Source: Spongospora subterranea f. sp. subterranea (Eukaryota). From it: DNA of 64,000 nucleotides. Position 1 is the first letter of the stretch. Each line of letters opens with the position of its first letter. The notes beneath the pieces are model-generated. The model saw only the letters and a list, made by a program, of their open reading frames with translations. It searched no databases and was not told the DNA's origin. Where the stretch lies: the NCBI GenBank assembly GCA_049724395.1, contig JAUGWO010000113.1, forward strand, positions 1 through 64,000, read 5' to 3'. The position numbers were made by a program, and so were the translations under genes. This document shows positions 54,204-64,000 of this stretch, piece by piece.

Positions 54204-55089
54204 TTAAGACCTCGAAGTTGATAATAATTTTCGCAGAATGTCAATAGACTGGAACAGAGCCGGTGACATTCTCGAGCGCATGCTGGCAATTAGTATTCCT
54301 CTAAGAGTCTTAGCGTTGGTTTCCGAGAACCATTCGCTCATGGTCATGTCGCAAAAAATGAGTGAGGCGTGAAGGCATGTGAGATAGCCAGTTCCGACAA
54401 CAATTCCGCTCAGAAGAAAGCTGGTGATGACCAACAACGATAGCGCCTCTGGCGGATAATATAATGTTGCCGCTTTGACCAAATACCTCAGTGTAATTAA
54501 CGATAGAACGCAGGTTAACAATTCGTAGATAAGATAGTATACGGTATTGTCCTCCCCGCAACAGTTCTGAGTGAAGTCGCAATGATGGTCCCATCATGCG
54601 AACGCAACGCTGACAGCTAGAGCAATGGTGAGAGCGGATGGGACGATTCATTTGGCATCTGGAGCAGAATGAGTGCGAACCTTCCGCCTCTTCAATGCAA
54701 TCGCTGCTTTCCACATACCCCGGCGGCATGAGGCATATAAGCATAAACATAGAGATGTGAATCCCAATAGCCACAGCTAATTGCCATGGCAGACTGGTTA
54801 CAGTCCAAGCCATTGACACTAACGACACTTCGAACAGGACGATGATCGCCCGAATTATCACTGACCGGTCGAGTGCGCTGATAATCTTGCCCAAGCATCC
54901 TCGCCTCGGGTCTAAGCAGCAAACATTGCGGCGCATGTAGCGCTTAAGTTCTTGTTCGAGGCGACGGCGATCATTTACAGTGGACGATTTCATAATCAAA
55001 ACCAACGTCTTAGCGCCCTCCTGTTTTCCTCTGCGATTAACAATGGGTACTGTACTGCATTCATTCGTCACAACCTCTTGACCGTTCAT
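54204..55089 (-). CDS. DHHC-type S-palmitoyltransferase (one +1 frameshift just before DHHC)
   Basis: PPG...FCSRCQMNRPIRSHHCSSCQRCVRMM-[extra G]-DHHCDFTQNCCGEDN, four hydrophobic segments and a TTxE-like MTMSE. The start may be the ATG at 54993. Confidence 0.88.
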
Positions 55090-55163
55090 CAGTCGAGTAA
55101 CAGAGGAAGTGTATACTCAGGTGACAGGTCAGGCAGCCTAACCACTTGTCCAAGATCCCTGCT

Positions 55164-55544
55164 TCTTGACGACGCGCGATCCGCTGCTGTTTGTATAGCA
55201 AGGCCTGCGTCTTCAATTGTGAGATAGCCGTCGCAACTGACAAGTTAGGTTGGTTTCGTTGGACGCTGACAAGGTTTGTCCATAGGCCTTTGATTCCTGT
55301 TTCGTCGCCGTCTTGTGCGGTCATCCCACGATGCAGGCGGCGATATGTCTCGAGAGCAACAAACCGCACAACTATACCTGGGGATCATCGCACAAGATGG
55401 CGACGAAACAGGAATTGAAGGCCTATGGACAAACCTTGTCAGCGTCCAACGAAACCAACCTAACTTGTCAGTGGCGACGGCTATCTCACAATTAAAGACA
55501 CAGGCCTTGCTATACAAACAACACCGGATCGCACGTCGTCAAGA
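55164..55544. repeat. Inverted repeat, 164-bp arms with 53-bp spacer
   Basis: 55164-55327 is the reverse complement of 55381-55544 with scattered substitutions. The ORF track shows the same peptide on both strands. Confidence 0.95.
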
Positions 55545-57180
55545 GAGACAACACAGACGCATCAGGCAGCTGAAACACGGTCAACAGAATGCCGAATTAT
55601 GGCAAAGTATGCAGCAGAATTGAAAAAAAGCCCAACCGGTGGAAGGACGCCAAGAAGATTGCACAACAGGAGCTCGCAAACAATGTTGAGATACCATTCG
55701 AGCAAGAACTGCTCGATGAATGCATGTACTCCTTGCAGGACGAACACGCGATGGCAACATTAGATATATCGGGATCGGAGTATACATCAACGACTCTGGC
55801 GCCACTAACACAATCGTTAGCGATCCAAACCTGTTGCATTACAGGACATCAATAAACATACTGATCACGGTCGCCAAGAGAGGAGCGAAGCTGCACGCGA
55901 CAGGAAGGGGCATTAAGACAATGGGCGTCGTAAAGAGCAACGGCCACCACCATACCATGGAAGTTGAGGCGAAACTCGTCTCGGAAGCACCAACAAACCT
56001 ACTAGCTGTTCGTCGATTGGATGAAATGGGAATTACGATAGTTTTTGCAAAGGGAACATGCACCATCTAAAGCCGTGATCGAGTTGAGCTCATTCGAGCT
56101 TGACTAGACATAACGCGGCGCCTGTACACATTCATCCCATCCCTCAATAATGAATCATCCAACTGGCCAACACCCGACTCAATTCAACCAAACTGTACAA
56201 CATGTCACGCAACAACTATTCAGATGCAAACCATAAAACCTGTGGCACCTCCGACTCGGCCATCAAGGCGCACTTTGATTAGGAAATACGCTCGCCCAGC
56301 ACAGTATCCACGTCAAGATTGAGGATCTTCGCCCATGCGTCAACTGTGAAAAAGTCAAGATGCGCCGTCTGATTGGCGGCTGGGGATTAGCAACGAATTC
56401 AGATTGTGTCTGTATTGATAACATTGATGTCCCGTTAGGGAAGAACCTTGAATCATGCCTTACTCATGAGGTCACGCCCGATCCTACACCTTCCGTGCTA
56501 ACACCGTCAATCGTTCAAAATGAGAAGGCGTCGGTCTAGAATTAGTGCACGGCGACATGTTCAATATGCATCCAGGCAGCGGCGGATACTCGTAAAAACC
56601 CTAATGTTCACAGAAGACTATTGGCGATTCTCCATCGGATACACGATGAAGACAAAGGACGAGGGCGTGGGCAAAACTCGGGAATACTTTGGCGCTATTA
56701 AACAATCAGCGTCAGGACATACCGTACTACAATGGATCAGAATTCCTGTCCAGCTATTCCTACCATACGGAAAAGAACAGAATGGCCTGATCGAGCGTCA
56801 CAACTGCATGGTCAATACATGTGATAAATGCATGCGAGAACAGTCCGGTTTCCCCCCAATCGTTTGGCCCTTTGCCATCAAACTCGCACTGCGCACAAAG
56901 AATCTGGCAACCTCATTGGCATATCACAAACCGAAACTCCATACGAACTATGGCACGAGCGCCAGGCCGATCTGAACCCCCTTGAAGCTTTCGGTTGCAA
57001 GGCATTTGTGCATATACCCAAGGAAAAGCGCAGCATGGACGGCGTCAAGGCGGAGCGCATGCTCCACTTAGGCGGATTGGTATTTCTCAATACTTACACA
57101 TGGCAAATCGAGATATCTGGCAACGCAACGGTTCATGAATGATCATTCCCGGCACGCAATTAGCAATGCATCCAGGAAGG
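55340..57180 (+). mobile_element. Ty1/Copia remnant (gag end, protease, integrase, SH3-like)
   Basis: INDSGATNTI...NLLAVRRL.EMG, LWHLRLGH...CVNC, EQNGLIERHN...WPFA, TPYELW...FGCKAFVHIPKEKR. Stops and deletions. Confidence 0.9.
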
Positions 57181-57217
57181 CGCTCCACACGGCGCCGAAA
57201 GCGACGACACAATCGTC

Positions 57218-57219
57218 NN
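57218..57219. other. Ambiguous bases (NN), possible assembly join
   Basis: nn present in the sequence at the end of the Copia remnant. Confidence 0.95.
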
Positions 57220-57583
57220 ACTCGCCGCTCTTCAGCACCCTGGCGCCCACCGGAAATTTCCCGTCAGAATTATATGCAATTTTTTTTGAGTGCACTCTAT
57301 CACAACGATGCCACTGAGTCAGCGATACCAAGTCCGTTGTCAATGACCTCTGGTTGTAGGTTTTGGGGCTCTCGCAATAAGCCAGAATTTTTCATGGCCA
57401 CTCATGAGTGCATGATGAAAATGAAGAGACATTTCAAATTACAGTTTGGGTCCGTGTGGTTTCAAGTTTTAATACAAAACAAAACCTTTCTGAGACAATC
57501 AACAATCTCTCAAGTTTCAATCCGGTGTATCTCGTCGGCGCTTGCATTTACTTGCTGATGAAGGCGGCAACGCAATCCATTTC

Positions 57584-57706
57584 AATGAGTCGGCAGATAT
57601 CGCTGCATTACTTCAGCACGTCGTCCTACTTCTCTGACTTCGCTTCAAGCTGATCGAGGCGTAGGACGACCAGCTGAAGTAATGCAGCGATATCTGCCGA
57701 CCCATT
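57584..57706. repeat. Short near-perfect fold-back (hairpin)
   Basis: GTCGGCAGATATCGCTGCATTACTTCAGC pairs perfectly (29 bp) with GCTGAAGTAATGCAGCGATATCTGCCGAC, plus inner GTCGTCCTAC/GTAGGACGAC. Loop about 31 nt. Confidence 0.92.
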
Positions 57707-57999
57707 CACCAGCGGTTAAGCAAGTCTATTAACTCATTCGGGACTGGCAAGCGCTTGATGGAATCTGAACTTAGAGCAACCAGCAGGAGTTTATGACTTA
57801 AGGACAAGGACAAGTACTTTCGTGAAATGACAAATATCGAATTCCTTATTGCAATGTGGTTGACCTTTTTCATCAGCTGCGTGAGCGATTGATTGATTAC
57901 GTTCGTAAATAATGTTGCAAAACAATAGAGGAGTTTTTAAGACGGAATACACCTGGTATGGGCTAGTGCAGACTTCGGCACATCAACCTCCCCAATATG

Positions 58000-60900
58000 G
58001 ACAAATTTTTCTCACTTCAGGTTCGAAAATAGTTTAGACTTGATATACTGCCTTACATCGTCTAATCTGTCACACTTATCCGTCGAGATTGACATTTATA
58101 GGACAATAAATGCAGTCAGAGAGTCAATGCTGGTACATATTCGGGAACCCTGATGATGCAAAGCACCAGATACGACCCAGCTGGATTGTGTTGCTGCAAA
58201 TTGGCTTTGGGCCAGCACACAGTTGGCTATTTTCACGCAAAGCAACAGTCGCTGAAATGTACACTGGGACGCGTTGACGTACAGTACATAAAGACCCACT
58301 GGCCCGCAAACTCCGTAGGAAATTGCCCACAGGTGTTCGGTGTTCAAATCACATCGCTGGACTTTTTTTGTTCCTTTGGACCGGTTTCAGGCCTTGCGGC
58401 GTCCACTATACATGTGCGATTCTTTATTGGATCGGGCATTGATATTGACATGCAGCCACGGCCGAAGGGGGCTTTTCTTCAACGATATTGTCGACTCAGT
58501 CTGTGACAATGACCATCACCAGGGTATGTTCCTCTGGCGTAATTTTCAGCAGTCTCATGCCGTTTCCATTGAATCTTCATTGCTGGACCTTTCTTATGAA
58601 GACGCAGTTTCCCAGTCAAAGGTCAAAGTAGTTGCCAACGAAGTGCAGCGCCAAGTTTATTTGGACACGCTGAACAGGAATTTTACATTGACCCTAGTGC
58701 AATTTGCTTTGTTGGAGGCGATTGGCTTTTATGGCTCTTCCGGTTGCCTACGTGGTGATATTGACAACCAGGTCGCATGCGATCCGATACCGAATAAGGA
58801 GTTTTTTCGGCATGTTAAAGTATTGATTGGGCGCAATCTTGTAGTACGTGTTAATGAATTCCGCAAAGTTGCACGGATTGGTCAGTCACTGTTCTCATAA
58901 TACCTTTGTTTTCGCTTTATTTTGTGTTCACCAGTACTTCATCATTTACAACCAGTGTTTATGTGTTTCTATGCCAGATAAGTCTATGTTTTGGCGCCCC
59001 TCGCTTCTAATTTACTTCCAATTTGTCGAAAACCTGAAGCGATATGGGATTTCTATAGTTTCTCTTTCTACTGCATACATTTCTCTTAGCTGTTTCTCAG
59101 CAATGTTTTCGCGTTTTAGGGAAATTTGCTCCACCGGTCGCGATAACGCGTTGGTATCTTCGCCGCTATTCTCCGGTTCCTTTACCAGTTCGTATTCCCC
59201 AGAAGCGCTCAACAGATGCCGGGCCCTCAGTTGCCGTCCAACATCGTGCAGCAATAGACAGCGACATTGTCCCCGTTCTTCTCAATTATATGGTGATTCA
59301 AGGGTCCGATCCGGTCCCTGAGGAGACGATCAGAAAGTATGCCATGGAAGAGGGTCTGTTGGATCAGCATGACTGGATACCCATCCGACAACGCCTCTTT
59401 GCTACATCACGGATTGCCTGGACCTATATTTGCGATGTCGGCGGTGAATACCAGCATGCGTTGCGCCTGGTAAAACCGGGTGACCCAGATCATGACTCTC
59501 CCGTTGATGACGACGTCGAAGGTTTCGCCGTTGCACAACGAGCTGGTCTGGTTTCACGTGATTTATTTGCCCTGCCGGTAGCAGCTCAGGTTTATACAGC
59601 TGTTAATTCTGCAGGACGTGATGGCATTCTGACATCAACACTGTTTCGCCGGTTACGATTGATGCAACGTCGTGGACATAAAATTATCAAGGACCTATTG
59701 GCTCTGCCCGGCAACGATGCTCTTGTTCAGGTTGCCGATCGATACCGGACCAATCTCACCTATCGCCTTTATCGTAAGTGCTATGCTCCAAAGATCGACG
59801 GCAAGAAATCAAAAGTCTCGAAACGTGTCTTGAATGATTCCGAGGACAATTCAGATGACGAAGGTAATAAACGATCAGAAGACAATGTGTCAAGAAGGAG
59901 AGCACGATGGATTCGAGACGTTGTCCAAGTTCGTCAAGCTGTCAATCTTTGTGTGTTAACCCATGTTATTCGTCATCGTGAGACAGCAGCGAGAACCGTA
60001 TGCGCTACCCGTTCCGTTATGCGAATCTGTACCGATCTGGAGCGGGATGGATTACTTGAGTTGCGCCATGTGTCGCTCTCTGACGACGATGAGATGCATT
60101 TCGTCATTGGGACACGCTCGGGACCGATCACCGTGGCCGTGTCCCCGTTGTTTTTGCAGGCGTGTGAGCCGGATCAGTTGACCAATGTCATCGAAGATGC
60201 TGCTAGATTTGAAAGGGGGCAGTATGGTCAGCACGAGAGTGATCCCAATGCTAACACCGCTGGTGCCAGCAGTGATTCATATCTAATTGCTTATCCGGTC
60301 CTCTGTGGTTTTGTACGTACATCGTCGCTTATTGTCAACTTTGTTTAATTGGTTTTGATTCGCAAATTCTACACAGGTTCGTGCAAGAATGGTTCGAGCC
60401 AAACTTTTCCACATGTATCTCACTCGAACATTTTTCCGTAAGCTTGCCATGATTCTGCATCGTTCGAAGTTTTTTTCACTGTTTTTTCAAACTCTGTTTC
60501 GGTTTACAATATCGGTTTGTTACAATTTTCTGTTTATATCGCATCTGACAATTTCAGATTCTTTACGAGGGGTCGAAGTTTGCTTTTGCGCTGTTTTTCT
60601 CATTTTGTTGGCCATTGCTGATTTCCGGTCGGTTTTCCAGGTTCCAATCCTCCCGGTCTTCATTTCTATCTCTACGACCTATTCCAATGGATGCCGCTAT
60701 CTCTGTACTTGTCTTTCGCCGGCGCTACTGACGCTCTGCCCCATGACATCATTTACGACGAGACGCTAGCGTCGTGCCCGCTCTGTAATTTACCCCCAGA
60801 CGTAACCAACATTACCATGACTTCAATCGTGGAGGGCACTCAATTCCCCTCGTTACGTGTCCAAGACATTTTAGAGATTCTGAGCCGAATGGGGTTAATA

Positions 60901-63420
60901 GGGTTGATTATGCCATCTGCACATCCTGCTACATGGCAAATTTCCTATAAGGTTGACGGAGGCGTTCCATTTCCTGAACACTCCTTCGAATCGGTTGAGT
61001 CCGTTGAGCAGTTTTGGATCAATCTACGATCCCATTGTCGTTCAGTTTTTCTAAGTCAAAATTCGCAGCCAAGTACCCCTTCATTATCGTCGATAAGTCA
61101 GTCGATATTTGACATCGAAGAGTTTTCTGTTATCTAATGATTTTTTCGGTGATCCTATTATCTCCAGTTTGATTTCTAGTGTCTTGGTCTTGAATGGAAG
61201 TTCAACACGTTCTCTGGTTTGGCTTCTCTCATTTGCTCCCTCTTTCTTATCCGCTATTTTATTTGACTTTCCATTCGATATCCAGCGGTTCGCCGCGTCT
61301 ATCGCAGTAGCCATCGGGTTTTCCGTATTCTTACCAGCATTTTGTTTAGTCGATGCGCGGTCGACAGAAGATGTTCCAGATTGTGCCTTGCTACAACGCT
61401 TACCGTTGAGTCGGTTTCAAGAGCTATACACTGATTGCAACTGGTGGCACGGTCATGAGTTGTCAGCGAATAAAATCAGTCAGATCGAGGAGCTGGATGC
61501 TGCCGCTCCCATTTTAACTGAATTCCAACTGCATCGGGCTTGCGAACGTCTATTCGCTACAACAGGAAAAGTAGCATGGCTTTTGGCACAGATGCATTTG
61601 CCCTTCGTACGTGCCCTATCGCAAACTATCGATTTCACTGATCATTGGCGTCCCGACCCGCTTGAGCGTCGCCGATCACTTGATCCAGCTAAGCACATAT
61701 TTTCCACCCCCAGATCACGAAGAAAATCGCTTCAGGAAGCTGATGGTTTTGACGATTCACAACCAGGTCGTGTTCGGCAGCGTGGGGATTTGCGCTCCCG
61801 CCTCGTTCTCCGCGGATTATCGCCAGAGAGTATGTTCATTGAATATTTGTGTATTTCATTTCACCCAAGTTGAATCAAATTCAGATTCAGTCCATATTGC
61901 GTCGCCTTGTGTCATATTACATTGAATTTCTCCATTTTTTCGTGTCAATTTTGAAGGTGCTTGTTTGCATTATGGTTCATGTATTTTCTTGAAAAACTTT
62001 TCTGTTCGGTCATAACGGTTGGTTTCTCCTTTGACTATGTCTGGTATTGCAAGCTCTGATGTGGGTTTACTTGTTGTCAGAAGCACCAGAGTCCGCCGTC
62101 AAAGAGCCTGCTGTCAAAGGCGTAAAGCGTAAACGCAAATCGCTTGCCGCTGATGAACAGGTGAAAACCACCGTGCCGGAAGCACTTCCGTCGTCCTGGA
62201 CCGAACAACTGTCGGCACAGGTGCAGCGCATTCTGGGCTGTACAAATCGAGGATCCGTTTCACATGAGGATGTGGTCGCCATGTCGCAGGAGCCCCGCCT
62301 GAACTGTCTCTTGTCCAGCATGAAACTGATTCTATTGCAGTCCGATCAAGATTATTTACCTAGCCAAGGTCACGCCTTACTTCATGATTTTGCCAACTGT
62401 GAGGTTGAGTGGGCGTTGAATATTCTCCAGCAGTCTCGACTTGTCGTAACTCGTAAACTTCATCGTGGTGACAATACGACCCGCGGATACTTTTCACTTT
62501 CATCGAAATCATGCGATCATTTGCAATACCCACTTTACCCTTTTGCCCTTCGACAATATCTGCACAGTACTATTAATGTGGAAGCCAATACTATAACGTG
62601 CCAGGCTGGGACTGTTGCCAAAGCAGTGTCGTTATTAGCAGGCAATGACGCCATGGTCATCCGATGCGATGGGAACGAGTGCTGTGTTGATCAGGTGAAT
62701 ATTGCTATAGATGCCGTTGTTGATACCCTTCCCGAATTTGATTGCACCTGTTACGATTCGGGTTGTTGAACCTGAAGTTGATGAAGATCTTCTACGTCTT
62801 CTTGCAGAAGCCGGTCCCAACGGTGCCGAATTTTCCGAGGAACAGGACGCCGCTCTTCAGGATCTCTGTAATCTAGAGCTGGTGTACCCTATTGACTGCT
62901 TCTCAGTTCGACGATATGTCCATCGTGATCACGCCGATAACTGGCTTGTAGAAGGGTTTTCAAGGAGATCATGGCGTCTGGTTGATGGCTCGCTAAATAT
63001 GCAACTGGTGGATCAACTTAGATGGATGATTGTTAGTGCTCTTTGTGATAAACCGGGAACTGATTCCGACACGCTAGGTAAACTGCAATACATTGTTATT
63101 AAAAGTGTTCTTGATGTTTGTTATTATGATGCAATCAATGCCTATCAAGGGAGTAATTGTGCAACTGTTGAAGCAATCCGATTAATGGGTTTCAACGATT
63201 TGTTTCTGACGATTGTTTTTTCAGCCGGGATGTGCTCCTTTTTGACGCCTATTGAGTTCGGCGTTCTAATAAACACGCTGGTGTTGGATGGCGCAATATG
63301 GCAACGACCTGTGTATCTACATTGGCCCTCACACCGCTTTTCGGTGTCAATCCTCACCATAATTTATCGACAATAAGTTATCTTTATTTTGCCAGTCCCG
63401 ATTGTTTGTTGAAATCATAA
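58000..63420 (+). CDS. GTF3C1: Transcription factor IIIC subunit 1 (B-block binding, Tfc3/GTF3C1-like); both ends approximate
   Basis: VVANEVQR...LTLVQFALLEAIG...EFFRHVKVLIGRNLVVR (B-block domain), GFV|ARMVRAKLFHMYL and C-terminal WRLVDGSLN...IVSALCDKPG. Confidence 0.8.
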
Positions 63421-63661
63421 TTAATACACTGTTATCGAAGTATGCAATGTACTGCCTGAACTAATTTCAGTTGTATCGCTGTGGCTTATCGATTTAAGAG
63501 CCCATCATTGCAAGCATTCAGAAAAAGGTAGTGACGTTGGTTTCATGGGGAAAACAAATAACCCCTTGTGTAGAAACGCACCATGTTGGACTGAAAAGGA
63601 TATTTATAATAAATTAAACCACGAACGGTGTAGATTGAAAATGGTGTCGGTGTCGCGGATG

Positions 63662-64000
63662 TCAACCCAGAGATGTAGGCGGCATCAACGACTTGAGATG
63701 ATCGATTCTAGCGACAATCTCGGCGCATTCCAGCTCAGATTGAGCACGATAATGAACTGAAACGATCTCGTTCGCCTCTAGATTTCGAAACAGGATGCGG
63801 AATCCACGGGCCTTTTCCTTCACAAGATTTACAGCAACGACGTCGCGAATGTGGCGACATCGCCCGTTTAACCGAACCTGAGACGGACGTATTGTAGACG
63901 AAATTTCTGTCGATACCCAGCAATCGAATCTGTTTTCTGCCCCAGCGATTTGTCTTCTGCACGGTCCATTCTGAGTATGTCGACGCACTCTCATCCGTGA
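63662..64000 (-). CDS. 3' end of a SIN1/MAPKAP1-like TORC2 subunit (C-terminal PH domain), cut by window end
   Basis: KWTVQKTNRWGRKQIRLLGIDRNFVYN then, after a +1 shift, RHIRDVV...HYRAQSELECAEIVARIDHL*. Confidence 0.7.
   Translation of the reverse strand, partial: SRMRVRRHTQNGPCRRQIAGAENRFDCWVSTEISSTIRPSQVRLNGRCRHIRDVVAVNLVKEKARGFRILFRNLEANEIVSVHYRAQSELECAEIVARIDHLKSLMPPTSLG

Noticed and set aside
17199..63865. Euplotes-style programmed +1 frameshift motif at the indel sites
   Set aside because: No shared AAA-stop or other slippery motif; the sites are varied short homopolymers.

Overview
Intron-rich eukaryotic nuclear DNA with compact genes and mostly ~50-60 nt GT-AG introns. The style is consistent with a protist such as a plasmodiophorid, but that is inference only. 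Bases 1-12.9 kb are an accessory region: nested remnants of Copia, Ty3/gypsy, PIF/Harbinger, hAT-like and MULE-like elements, an 11-bp tandem array, and an ankyrin-repeat gene in which each repeat sits on its own symmetric phase-2 exon (seven are exactly 99 nt). The rest is mostly housekeeping genes: a CH/EF-hand-like protein, SIZ/PIAS SUMO ligase, TBC Rab-GAP, G-patch zinc finger, ABCG transporter, divergent anoctamin, xanthine dehydrogenase, RBBP6/Mpe1, eIF3b, p31comet, SSSCA1-like, DHHC palmitoyltransferase, TFIIIC subunit 1 and the SIN1 3' end. Further TE relics and two fold-back structures lie among them. At least eight conserved genes each carry a single +1 frameshift, most likely an assembly artefact. 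Gene ends and exon boundaries were read by eye and are approximate.
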